DNA of 64,000 nt from Octopus vulgaris (Eukaryota). How positions within the stretch are numbered: the stretch's first letter is position 1; every line of letters starts with the position of its first letter. The position numbers and the translations under genes were made by a program. Below are positions 1-12,910 of this stretch, in pieces. Below the pieces are notes generated by a model, which searched no databases, had not been told where the DNA came from, and saw only the letters and a list, made by a program, of their open reading frames with translations. The stretch is from NCBI GenBank assembly GCA_951406725.2, contig OX597841.1:496001-560000 (forward strand). Reading direction: 5' to 3'.

Positions 1-886
1 TGGGCAACAACTTATTTCTTTATTACCCACAAGGGGCTAAACACAGGGAGGACAAACAAGAACAGACAAACGGATTAAGTCGATTATATCGATCCCAGTG
101 CGTAACTGGTACGTATTTAATCGACCCCGAAAGGATGAAAGGCTAAGTCGACCTCGGCGGAATTTGAACTCAGAACGTAGCGGCAGACGAAATACCTTAT
201 TTCTTTACTACCCACAAGGGGCTAAACACAGAGAGGACAAACAAGAACAGACAAACGGATTAAGTCGATTATATCGATCCCAGTGCGTAACTGGTACTTA
301 TTTAATCGACCCCGAAAGGATGAAAGGCTAAGTCGACCTCGGCGGAATTTGAACTCAGAACGTAACGGCTGACGAAATACGGCTACGCATTTCGCCCGGC
401 GTGCTAACGATTCTGCCAGCTCGACGCCCTACATGGGCAACAACCTGTCCTCCGTACCACACGGCTCTGGTTGGGGTCATATCGAATACATTATACTAGA
501 AATATAGAACCGGATATCACACCGGTGAAGAAGAACATAACAATTCAAACAACACAGACTGAACATGCAGATACGTCGCAGAGACTGCCATTTGCACAGA
601 GTACTGTTCAGAGACAGACAACGATGGTCTGATAGGGTAGGAAGTTACGGGCTTCATACATGGTCATTAATTAGGAACTGAGATGCAGGCTCAGCCTTTC
701 GGTTTTATATATATAAATCAATTTAGGGTAGCAAAAAATTCAATAGAAGTTATTTTGCCACCAGCGGTCTAGTGAGAAAGAGGAAATAGTCAGAGACTAT
801 GAATAAATTCAACAACAATTGAGGAACGGCTACAATAGGCCGTTCGACCCAAGAGGTCTATTGTAGCCGTTCCTCAATTGTGGTTG

Positions 887-949
<63 letters not shown>

Positions 950-1160
950 CTATGTATATATATTTATATATATATATATATATATATTTATATGTATATA
1001 TATATATATGTTTATATATATATGTATGTATGTATATATGTTTCGTATGCATGTATACACGTACGCATGTGCGCGCGCACAAACACACATTCAGACATAC
1101 ATGAGAAGTTATAACTCCGTCAATCTCTATCCATCTCCCTCTCTCTCTCTCTTTCTCTTC

Positions 1161-1236
<76 letters not shown>

Positions 1237-1923
1237 TTACATATATACACTCAATTTTCTAGTGTGTGTATTGAGTGTGGATATGACTTGAAACTTCACC
1301 TGTTGGAGGGAGACCAGATACAAAGTTTCCGGAGCTTTGATGAAATTCCAATCAACTTTCGGTGACTATTGATCCCATATCTACTGTAACTCGTAAAAGT
1401 AGCACGTGTTACGGTCCCAATTATAGGTTAATTTCCATCTTAGCAACAGGGGGGCGAAGGACACCCTAGTTCCAGTAGCAACTTCCTTCTAGGTTAATGT
1501 AAAATCATATAGAAAAAAAGAACTCTCAAGTTCTCTCTGTGTCTAGTTGTCTCCATCTCTGTTGTGCCACTGGTGTTATAGCTAAGGGTTCAATGCTGTG
1601 CCACACTTTAAACACCCAGAACAAATCAATGCACAGGGATTTCTGTCTTTTTCGGAACGTTTTCACACCATACGGAGATCAAGAAATGATCTTACTCGGT
1701 CTCCACTTGACTTCCAAAACGCATATATATAGATTATACTATAATATCTCTATCACTTTTTCCGATCCACGCAGTACAGATACATAAATAAACATGATAA
1801 CACAGAAGTAATATCAATCAACTGATCTAGCCACAGTCGCATAACTGGGATCTAAACCGTCTTCAAAGCAGAGGAGCAGCATTGAGTTTCCAACATAGCG
1901 GAATATAACGAAACAGAACTTAC

Positions 1924-2119
1924 CTTTGTTACTGATTACACTAACAACTGTGTTTGAAAAAGTTAACCACTGTCCACTGTTGTCGGTACTGTCAACTGAT
2001 GCCGCTGAACTACCAAGAAAAGTCCCCAAATGTTTGAATTGTTCAATAGAGCCTTGCCGTCTTGCTTAGAGTCAAATGCGCAAAGTTCTCCGTCGAAGTG
2101 AAACTACATTCGATTTATA
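1924..2119 (-). promoter_or_regulatory. Putative promoter and non-coding first exon of a third copy whose coding exons lie left of the window
   Basis: Paralog of 22696-22945 with the same TATAAAT and GTAAGT donor, inside the 1-7.1 kb direct duplicate of 20.9-27.9 kb. Confidence 0.45.
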
Positions 2120-3532
2120 ACAAGCCAATGTTTACAGAATGACTTCTCTGAACAGACTTGAAACACATTTCTTTTGTCCTAGGAATCTTTAGAAGGCGTA
2201 GGTGTTGTTATTTTGTTGTTGTTGTTGGTGGTGGCCTTGGTGGTGGTCGTTGGTTGTAGTAGCAGTTGCAGTAGAGTTAGTAGTAGTGATTGTTGCTTTC
2301 GGGTGGAGCTTTTAATTGGGCGTTGATAGGGATGTTGCATTGTGTTGGTGATGATGATTGTGGTGATGTTTTAAGGATATCATTACAGCAGTGTTGATAT
2401 TTATGGTGTTAAATTTGCAAAAATGGTATGGGTGGTGGTAAGTGGATACAGTGGTTTATATTAATGTGGTGGCGTGATAGTGGTGGTAGCCTGTTGGTAG
2501 TGGTGTTAGTAGTGCTATTGGTGATGCGATGTTGTAGGATGGTAGATGTAGTGCTGGTGATAGTGGTGGTGGTAGTTCTGTCAATGTTACAGTTATTGTT
2601 GTGGTTGTTTTTATGGTAGTGGCTGTGGTGGTGAAAGATATTAATGATGATATCGAAGTTGAGTTTGTATTTGTGCCATATTTTAGCTGTATAGGTGGTG
2701 GTTGGTAGTGATGGTAGCGTAGTTACTCCGTTTAGCAAAATCGAGAAGAGAAGGGCAGATCTTGTGCCTCCATCTCTTAAAACCCTAGCGGTAGCTGCTA
2801 GAAACACATACAACACTTCATGAAATTAGCCAGTGTTTGCCTTCAAGATATATGGCAGGACATCGAATATCTATCAAGGGAAGGGAACTCAGCGAGGTCA
2901 GAGTGTAGAGTGACAGAAAGCCCCTGTCCTCTAAAGTGTCGTCTATCGCCCACAGCGAGTAGAATTTTTGAGGTCAAAATTTATACCCCAAATTGTATGT
3001 CGACTTATACACCAAGACGACTTTGGAACCCAAAAAAAAAATTCTATTTGAAATGCTGTAAGATTTCGGAAGATAGAGACGATGATTAAATGCTTACACT
3101 ACATGCTTATGCCATTCACTTTGTCGGATTCTATGCTGTAAAATTCGTTACTGCTTTGCTTTTTTCTTTCTCTTTGTGTTAAATGTTGCTTCGAGTGTGT
3201 CTGCAGCGGACATCGTAGATTACGATTCTTCATATTATATCCTCCTTCACAAACACGTAATGATCTCTCCTTATGTTCCCCCCTCTTCTCCTCCATTGTC
3301 CAATCCCCTTTCACATGTTCATCTTCTCAGTACCCTCTCACCTCCAGCAGTTCACTTTACCACTCCACTTACATTCACCTTCCGATAGCCCGCGGGTGTT
3401 CCAAGCAAAATTTCAACATCTTTCCGTTCTCTGTCTGTCTTTTTGTCTCTCCCTCTTTCTCATTCTCTCATTATCTCTCTCTCTGTCAATCACACCTTCT
3501 CTCCCCCCCTCTCTCTCTCTCTGTATATATAC

Positions 3533-3593
<61 letters not shown>

Positions 3594-3789
3594 TGAGTGT
3601 ATTTTTACCTTGTTAACAATTAACACTGAAAAAATAAATAAATAGTTACCAGGGTAGCAAAAATCTCACAAGTAAAGATGTTGTAACTCCTTGTTTATAA
3701 AGGTAGAAACTTCGTGTTTACGTGGAATATTTTGAATAATATATGAATAAATAAATGGAGTTTAACGCAGGTGTAAATCAAATATTTTT

Positions 3790-3875
3790 ACTTTCAACAC
3801 GTGTTTCGAAAATTACACTGATACTATTCAAAAGAATAAATGGTATAAACAATGCAATCTTCTCTTCAGGAAAGT
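3790..3875 (-). ncRNA. Hammerhead ribozyme motif in a Penelope pLTR remnant (paralog 23992-24077)
   Basis: Minus strand: ACTTTC-CTGAAGA-GAAGATTGCATTG...CAGTGTAATTTTC-GAAA-CACGTG-TT-GAAAGT. Long stem II and palindromic stem III. The paralog has CTGAGGA and a GUC triplet. Confidence 0.65.
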
Positions 3876-6298
3876 GAAAAAAACGAAACTCGTCAATAAG
3901 ACATTTCAGCAAAAAAATGATGGGTTTGTATAGCGATTGACAGAACGCTATTAATATTGTTTAAAAAAACGTTATATGATATAACGTCATAGGTAGCTAA
4001 CAGAAAGAGTAGGGATATTAATAGTGAATGTTAAATATAAATGTTTATACCATTTATACACATATATATATATAAACGATAAGAAATGGTGCAATAGCTG
4101 TTAGCGGTACATCATGTGTGTTTTAAAATCATTTAATAACGATGAGAATCTGTTACAGCTGTTTCAATGTATCAAGCTGGGGTAAATGTACAGTTATCTC
4201 GTTGCAATTGACAGACATTATCAGAACGATTATATGGCAAAGATAAATAGAAGGCAGTAGGAAGAAGATATAAGGAAAGGAAAGGAAAACTGATATATGG
4301 AATTATGGACCTCACTGAAATTGAAGACTATTGAATCAACTAACATTTTACATCTTTTTTTCCTTGATCTACTTCTAACTGTTATTATTGTTCCCTTTGT
4401 TATCGTTTTTATATATATATATATATTAACCATGGTTTTACCTTTTAAATTACCTACTACCGTATACCTTATAACAAGGGTCATACATACTGAGGTATTA
4501 CCAGGAGCGCCTTTGGATACATCTATCCTCTCTTTTACTGGTTTCAGTCATTTGACTGCGGCCATGCTGAAGTACCGACTTTAGTCGAGCAAATCGACCC
4601 CGGGACTTATACTTTGAAAGTGACGGGGACATAAACACACCAGCATCGGTTGTCAAACAATGCTAGGGGGACAAACACAGAGGCTATAGCAAAAGACACT
4701 TGCCCAAGATGCCACGCAGTGGGACTGAACCCAGCACCATGTGGTTTGTTAGCAAGCTACTTACCACACAGCCACTCCTGCGCCTATCCTGTAGATGGTT
4801 ATATTACCTCTAACTTCTATCTTACACAACAAATTATGTGTGTGTGTGTGTGGGTGGGTGGGTGTGGATGTATACATACATTTCTCTCTATCTCTTTCTC
4901 TCTCTACTCCTGGCAGATTTTTGGTGCTTTCTTCCCCCATCGAAATGCAAAAATTCAAAAACCTTTAAAGTTAAGTTACACGATGTAAGTATTATGCTTA
5001 ATCTTTCTCTAATCAATATCGATTATAGAGTTATTAGTTTTATATTCTCCGGACAACAATCGTATTGTTTAAAAGTGAAACCTGTCTTTTCCAGTTCATT
5101 AACACAAAACATACAATGGTACAAAGAAAAGGAAAGAGGAACCCTTAAACTTGTATTGTTATAATAAAATCAATTGTTTATTTTGCAAGTTTGTTGTCTG
5201 AAGCTCTGGGATGTCGTTTGCATAATACAAACAGTTTAACTTCACAATTTGCTTCGGTTATAAAATTCATTTCTTTTTCATTTGATTTTGTCGTCATGTC
5301 TATTCTTGCTTTGTTTCTATTTATTTTACAATGTTGTATCCAACACACGTTTTTACAGTTAAAATCAAATTATTTAGCCCTAGGATGTAATATCCTAAGC
5401 GATTTATTTCATCCTTATTTCATGTTATTATACATATTTCCCTTAAAATTCATACTCTACCTGTCACCTGAAACATGGAGGCCTCTGTCCATTGTAATTT
5501 TAGCAAAGGCTATCTTTCTCCATCAGATTATCGGTGATGTCTTTAATTGACAATCATTTTTCTTGCTTTCTCACCAGTCAAGTTAATATATTAGTGTGTA
5601 GTTGAGATTATTATGAACTATCACTTATTTCCAGGGGTGCTTACTGATATTTACTACAGTAATTTATTTAATTCAACCCCGTTTAATATTAATTTACTTC
5701 ATCTATAATATCCCATCAGATTCCCATCTGTGATACTTGTTTCATAAAACATTCGTACCGTCTATTAAATATTCTGTATATGAGGGAGACCCTATATTAT
5801 TTATTTGTTGTATCACAGATCATTTTATCTTCTGACGTCATAGCTATTGCTATGAAATCTATCTCCTTTTAGGGATATCATACTCCAAGTCATAGGTACA
5901 GATCGTGGGATTTCGAGACCCTTCACTCTTACTTCATTCCAAACTTAAATATGCCCAGATATTGCATTATAACTTGTACAGTATACGTTTATATCTTATA
6001 CATTACGTGACATGTACTTATGTCAATAGCAGATCTTCTGTGTTATTCAGCTTTTGACTGTTGATGTTGTTTAGTGTCAAGTGATCCTTGGTACCGAAGA
6101 CCACTAATAAAAGACATACCAAATGTGACTACCACATTCATATTCAGGTTAATATATCTAGGGTTACAATGCTTAACGTTTCCCCATTCAACTTTTTCAA
6201 GATACCCTGTTCATGTATATACATGCACGTTTATATCATCTAGGCGCAGGAGTGTCTGTGTGGTAAGTAGCTTAGACGGAAACTGAAAGAAGCCTGTC

Positions 6299-6372
<74 letters not shown>

Positions 6373-7416
6373 GTGTGTTTGTGTGTCTGTGTTTGTCCCC
6401 CTAGCATTGCTTGACAACCGATGCTGGTGTGTTTACGTCCCCGTCACTTAGCGGTTCGACGAAAGAGACCGATAGAATAAGTACTGGGCTTACAAAGAAT
6501 AAGTCCCGGGGTCGATTTGATCAACTAAAAGGCGGTGCTCCAGCATGGCTGCAGTCAAATGACTGAAACTAGTAATAGAATAAAAGAATAAAAGAATATG
6601 TGTTTGTTTGTCTATATGAGTGTGTATGTTAGTGTGTATGCTTTTGTGTGTGTGTGTGTGTGTTTGCGCGTGCTTGCCCGTACGGGCGTGTGTGTGTGTG
6701 TGTATGTTACCGTGTATATATGTATATGTAAAAAAACCTGCATATGTTTTGTTGACTATAATTCTTCGTATGATTTATTTCTCCTCGTCATTCAACAGCA
6801 GCCCTACCAATAACTACTGCTGCTGCTGCTACTACTGCTACTACTACTACTACTAATCTACCATCACTACCAACCACCACCTATACAGCTAAAATATGGC
6901 ACAAATACAAACTCAACTTCGATATCATCATTAATATCTTTCACCATGACCACAACCACAACAATAACTGTAACATTGACAGAACTACCACTAACACTAT
7001 GACCAGCACTACATCTACCATCCTACAACATCGCATCACCAATAACACTACTAACACCACTACCAACAGGCTACCACCACTATCATGACACCACATTAAT
7101 TAATTTTTTCCCTCAAAGAGATCCCGATGTATCTACGTTACGAAATGAAGGGGTTGGGGTTAGTGTACGTTTTTAGGGTTAAGGTTAGCGCAAGTTTTGG
7201 GGGTTAGTTAGAGTAAGAGAGTCATTACCTTTTAAAATGTTTTGTACGTAACACCTATATTTAAGTAGTACCTATTTCTTTACTACCCACAAGGGGCTAA
7301 ACATGGAGGAGACAAACAAGGACAGACAAACGGACTGAGTCCATAATATCGACCCCAGTGCGTAACTGGTACTTATTTAATCCACCCCGAAAGGATGAAA
7401 GCAAGGTAGACCTCGG

Positions 7417-8104
7417 GGTTAATATAGGGCGTTACGATTATCAGAAAATCAAAAAGAAAAATGTGTGTAATAGGTGTAAAACAACTTCCTATGAACGAAT
7501 ATGAAAAAAAAATTCGCGCACGCGAAAGGGGGGTGGGGGAGAGGCCAAGGAGTTACAACATGATTCATGTGTGAGTGTGTGTTCTTGATACTCGTTTAGA
7601 ACAAGTAGTTTTACACCAATTACACTATTTTTTCTTAGTTTAAAGGCCGTGGACTGAAGATGTGAAATTTCCGAAGCCTCTCCCCCCCCCCTTTCGTGAG
7701 CGCGCATTTTTTTCATGATTTTCGTTTAGAGCAAGTTGTTTTACACCTATTACGCTGTTTTTGTTTTTGTTTTTGTGCCCGGTTCAGACGCTTTCGGAAA
7801 TTCCCGATATAAATTTTCCGAGGCCTCTCCCCACCCCTCTTTCGCGAGAGCGCATTTTTTTCATGATTGTCGTTTAGAGCAAGTTGTTTTACACATATTA
7901 CACTATTTTTTTTTTGTTTTGGTGCCCGGGTCAGCCCCTCAGACGCTTTCGGAACTTCCCGATGTGAATTTTCCGAGGCCTCTCCCCCACCCCCCTTTCG
8001 CGTGCGCGAATTTTTTTTTCATATTCGTTCATAGGAAGTTCTTTTACACCTATTACACACATTTTTTTTTGATTTTCTGATAATCGTAACGCCCTATATT
8101 AACC
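7417..8104. mobile_element. Non-autonomous DNA transposon/MITE with about 130-bp TIRs (Merlin- or MULE-like)
   Basis: TIRs GGTTAATATAGGGCGTTACG.../...CGTAACGCCCTATATTAACC; 8-bp TSD GACCTCGG (7409-7416 / 8105-8112); internal subrepeats. Empty sites at about 49095 and 55650. Confidence 0.88.
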
Positions 8105-8874
8105 GACCTCGGCAGAATTTGAACTCAGAACGTCGCGGCAGACGAAATACGGATACGCATTTCGCCCGCCCTGTTAACGGTTCTGCCAGCTCGCCGCCAA
8201 CTTGTGTAAATATTGGTTTAGTGGAACAGAGTATTGGGAAACCGTGAATAAGGTGCATGTTTCGAGTATTTGTCGGTAAGTGTTTTCTTCTTGTCTTCTA
8301 ATAGTAATAAGCCAAATTTCGAGGTTCTTCTCAGAGCTATCCCACATTCAAAAATTATACGAGTATTTTAAAAATTTCCATTCAATAAATAATAAATTAC
8401 GCATTATATTAATTGAATAAACTGTCGGTTTTCCAAATAGCAAATAAAAATTTTAAATAGTAAGTGAGAGGCATTGCAAATGAGAATGGAATACTCTTCA
8501 GTCAATGCAAAGAATACTTAAATTTGTGATTAATTGGACGCAGGGAATGCAAAGAATATTTTAATTTGTGATTAACTGGACACAGTGAATGCAATGAATA
8601 TTTAAATTTGCGAGAAATGAGAGTTGAAAAATACTTCAAGAAACTTGAGAAATGGAAGTTATAGAAAATTTCTTTAAAAATATTTCCAGACAATTAGTCC
8701 TTTAATAATTGCAGTTTTTTTTTAGTACTTTAATAATCGTTACATGCCTAATTAATAAGAAGTTTTCTCCATTGCAGTATAGATAGTTAAGATAATCTTC
8801 ATTTGCTGGCAGTTTTCGCACAATACAGAGACAAGTCCTCAAATATCTACACACACGCACACATTCACACAACT

Positions 8875-8932
<58 letters not shown>

Positions 8933-9190
8933 CTGGACATTCGTAAGCTGGAAAAACAACAGCTCTGTATCTCTCTGTCGCTCTTTCTCTCTTTCTTTCT
9001 CTCTCTGTCTATAGAAAAAGAGAATGAAAATCACAACTCAAAAGACCGATGTTGGATAGAATATTTGTATGGATTCTTTATTAACAGCTAATACTTGACT
9101 TATGCGGACCACCAGTGGTGGTCAGCTGGATTAGATGAACGTTAACAACATCAATAGTATCAATGGGTATCATGTGCTGTGTTAGTTCTG

Positions 9191-9237
9191 CTACCTCAGG
9201 CGGATGAATATGGCCATGAAGTCTGCTAATGCATAAC
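9191..9237 (-). CDS. Gene copy A, terminal coding exon 5
   Basis: ttgcag|GT TAT GCA...CTG AGG TAG; encodes (G)YALADFMAIFIRLR*. AATAAA lies downstream on the minus strand at 9082-9077. Confidence 0.85.
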
Positions 9238-9503
9238 CTGCAAGTAACAATAACAACATCAATAACAAAAGGAATTCAAATATATCGTGGGAGGACTTTA
9301 TAGGTGGTCACTCGAATTACTAGAAATGGCAGCCCAATCTCTGCATCGTTTTGTGGGTCGGTCACTGTTGGAACGCCTTTGAATATAAATCAGTTGAATC
9401 AAGGCTGATTGGCCGCTAAACAATAAGTACAAAATTAACTTTTAGTACTACTACTCACAGTAAGACAAACGCACACAAACACAGAAGATACAATATCACT
9501 TAC

Positions 9504-9664
9504 CGTTGTTCCATACGACTTTCGATTTTGTATCAGAATAACGAATTAAAGGGTAGTATTCTGAATTTTCGTACTGACAGTCAAGTGGTCCCTCATTGAT
9601 GGTCAACCAGCCTCTGTCCCCGTCACAATTACCATGTATTGTTATATAGAAGCGACGATTAAAC
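9504..9664 (-). CDS. Gene copy A, coding exon 4 (not in ORF track)
   Basis: ttctaactccttag|G TTT AAT CGT...AAC AAC G|GTAAGT; 161 nt, phase 2->1. Encodes (K)FNRRFYITIHGNCDGDRGWLTINEGPLDCQYENSEYYPLIRYSDTKSKVVWNN. Confidence 0.87.
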
Positions 9665-10654
9665 CTAAGGAGTTAGAAAAAGAAAAAAAAAACTTGTTTG
9701 GGTTTCAGAATATGAAAATCTAAACTTCTAGAAAACATACCATTATGTCTGCTATATGCAGTTAAATACAATCAGAATTTAATTAAAATAGACATCTGTG
9801 TATCATACTTAATGTATAAACACACTCGCGATAGACTATTCACTGAAGTATTTTTCCTGAAATAGCATGTATTATGGATTTGCTGTCTATCGGATAGACA
9901 CCGAAATTCGTTCCAGCAGCGGCCAGTGAGAGCAAAAGATGTTATTTCAGGACACACATATTGCAGTAACTGCCCTGTCGAGAGTGTATATACGTTATGT
10001 ATGCTACATAGATGTTAGAATGTGCAGTGGCAGCCCACAGGCCCGTCTATAGATTCCATTTCAAATGAGATCTATCTTACACCAAATATGAGTTCGTAAG
10101 CACTCACATACATATAAACGACATATATACAGAAATACAGACATACGCAAACGCACACTCACAGGCAGACACATATGCACACACATACATACACACACGC
10201 GCGCGCGCAGATTTGTGCAAAAGTGAAAATGTAAGGAAAGGCAAAAGTACACACGAGGCATATAATTTAGCAAAAAATCTACAAAACGCTCGAACATATA
10301 AACGATAATATTTTCCCGTGTTGAACATCTTAGCAAAGCGCCAAGTGAAATAAATATAATAGAATGTAATAATACTTAAAAGGAACAGAGACAAGTAAAT
10401 ATAATAATAGTATTCATTTTAAGGTGAATGTATATTTTCGTGTTTCGCACTTTAAAACATGCCTTTTGACGCGAAAGCCAGGAAACGACACAATTGGTGA
10501 AGAGAAAGCACGTGTGGTGTTGAAAATACAAAAATGTATGAGTAAGAGATAAAGAGTCTCTAGCAGCGGCAGTGGGGTTGCTAAATCAGTATTTCTGTTT
10601 TTGTTTTTTTTAATATCGGCGCAGGTGTGGTTGTGTGGTAAGTAGCTTGTTTAC

Positions 10655-12910
10655 AGGTTGCTTCTGCGCATGTGCGAGTCAGTGTTGTGTTTGGCACTGA
10701 AGCGGTGAAGACGTGCTTTTGAAGCCGTCTTGAATTGAAAATTTTTGAAGCCCCATTGTAAGGTAAGATTCTGTTTTCTGGGTCCAGTGGAAATTTTTGT
10801 TGAAAATTGTTTTTTACAGGCAGGAAGTCCTACTGGATTCAGAATTCTGATTCTGCCGACATGGGGCAAATATATTTTTCTCGCTGAATTGTGAGAATTT
10901 GGGTGGGGGGCGTATTCGTCTTCGATAATTGAGTGAATATTTTTCTCACCTAATTATGAGAATTGTATTGTGCTGTGAAGAAATTTAAGAATTGTGAGAA
11001 CTGTTATATAGGGGAGTGTTTTGCCTCCGAAGTTTGAACAATTTTTACCAATTTTACACCAATTTTTGTGGAAGTTGTGTTCCAGTTGCGGCGTTCCGGG
11101 TTCAATTTAGGCCGGGAGTACCAAATGGCCAGAAGATTTTTTGCTGTGTTATTGACTTTCTTTTGAACTTTATTTGACTTTCTCCTTTTTTGTTTATTGT
11201 GACTTTCTTCTGATTTCTTTTTCTTCTCGCTTTTTAAGTTTTATTTTGAATATATTTAAAAAAAGAAGAAAAAAAAACATGGCAATGAAAAATGACAAAA
11301 TTTTGGAATGGGAGATCATACCGCCTAAAAAGTAGTAAAAAGACCGTGAAGATAGGACGGTGGTGTGGAGAACCTACTCCAAGGCACTCGACACCATCGC
11401 CCTGTTCGAAAAGACGACAATTGAAAAGGAGTTGGCAGAGTATTTGCCAACAATTAAATTCATTTCCAGGGGTGTCAAATATGCAACGGTGTGGTTGCTA
11501 TTTGACACCCCTGAAGAGGCTTGCAAATTTGCTAGTAAACCCCTGGAGGGTAAGGAAATGTTATTCCTGCCCACGTAGCAAAAAAAGAGACTGACGAAAG
11601 CTTGGATTTGCGGGCTGCCACCCGGGATAGAACCCGAGAGGATAGAGGCGACTATCCGCCGGGGTCTGGGTAGCAGCGAAACTAAGCTCCTTAATGTAAA
11701 AGTTCTTCCTGCGGCTGCTTGGTTTGGGTCAAAAGCAATTTTGACCCTTGGACCCAATCAGCCAATTTGGCTCTTCCACATTTTTTGAAAATGGGCGGGT
11801 GCAGGTACCCGGTGATGCTTGAGGGTCGCCTCCCTAAGTGTCATCGGTGCTTGGAGTCCGGCCATATGAAGAAGAACTGTCCCCGGGAACAAAATAGGAT
11901 CCCGGAACAGTTAAGTGAAACCCCTGTAGAATAGGGAATGATAACGGCCGAGGAAGCAGAGGACTCCACAAACAGAGGCCGAAGAGGAAGGTGAGCAACA
12001 ATGGGTGCTCACCAAAGGATACTAGGGATGAGGAGGGAAAGGCGAATCTTCCGGCTACGGAGGAGACGCACCCTCCCGCAGTTGAAAAGAAAAAATGAAG
12101 AAGAGGAAGAGAAACGGGACATTACCGGTTGTCGGTGACATAGTACCGGAATGTCCCGGAACTACGTCGGTTGGGGTTGTGCCACCGACAGGAGAAGAAA
12201 CACCGTTGGCGGGAACTGTGCCGCCAACGAAAGAATTGAATATCCCGCACCCGAGCAAAAACGATGTATTGATACTCTTCCATAGCGGCGGAGAGATTGA
12301 AAAGGTGATGGAAAAGCACCACAAGGGAGCACCTTTAGCCTTCACACAGGACCCCGAATGGCCTCCGCAGGTAGCTGTGGAGGCCGTGGCGTTCGACGTG
12401 ACGCTTGGGCTGAAGGAGCTCAATGAGGATTATAGCTTGGTTCCGGGCGACGCTAACTCGGAACTCGATTACATTCTGAGGGAGGCGTGGTGGATGGTGG
12501 AGGATGCGGGCACAAGTTATTTTGAGGACGAGTCATAAATTGTGATACGACTTGAGGGCCCCGACCTACAGCTGGCGCATTCCTAAGGGAAGTGTAAGCC
12601 AGGTCTGGGAGGTGGGGCTTTGTCTATTGTATTTATATCATATGTAATTATTGAACCATATTGTTGTTAGTAATGGACTGTTAAGTCCAAAAATTGAAAA
12701 GTTGTAAAAATTGTAAGAGGTTTAATACCTCGTTTTGTGTTTGTTTTTAAAAGAACAATGTTTTAGAGAAGCAGAAGTCGGCGGGCGCTTCTTGTCTTCT
12801 CACATCCCCATCATCCTTCTTTCATTATCATTCATTTCATTAATGTCCTCGTCCAGCCCGCAAAGCTAACTTACTCTATGTACTGCCTTAATGGCAAATG
12901 TTATGAAATA
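10655..12910 (+). mobile_element. ORF1-only (HAL1-like) L1/Tx1-related retroelement, degenerate
   Basis: 15-bp TSD AAGTAGCTTGTTTAC (10640-10654 / 12911-12925); ends in AATAAA. Disrupted gag-like ORF at about 11279-12538 with CCHC knuckle CHRCLESGHMKKNC; no RT or endonuclease. Empty site in copy B at about 46550. Confidence 0.75.

Larger units (their letters stand above)
1..7097 (+). repeat. Segmental direct duplicate of 20912-27945 (tandem unit period about 20.9 kb)
   Basis: Collinear near-identical unique sequence, e.g. ORF pairs 1539/22311, 2428/23251, 5191/25387, with indels. Confidence 0.92.

Noticed and set aside
1539-2029. ORFs of 82 and 71 aa present in three copies
   Set aside because: Non-ATG starts, overlap with the putative non-coding exon/intron, and similarity due to duplication.
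5191-5550. Hydrophobic 119-aa ORF repeated at 25387 and 63715
   Set aside because: Conservation is explained by recent segmental duplication; the stop position varies, and there is no recognisable motif or splice structure.
7150-7212. Interstitial telomere (TTAGGG-like)
   Set aside because: Only a few degenerate units inside a small repeat element.
8500-8620. Short repeats with spacers (GAATGCAAAGAATA...AATTTGTGATTAA), CRISPR-like at first glance
   Set aside because: About 2.5 tandem copies of a roughly 40-bp minisatellite in eukaryotic DNA; spacers are not unique and there are no cas genes.
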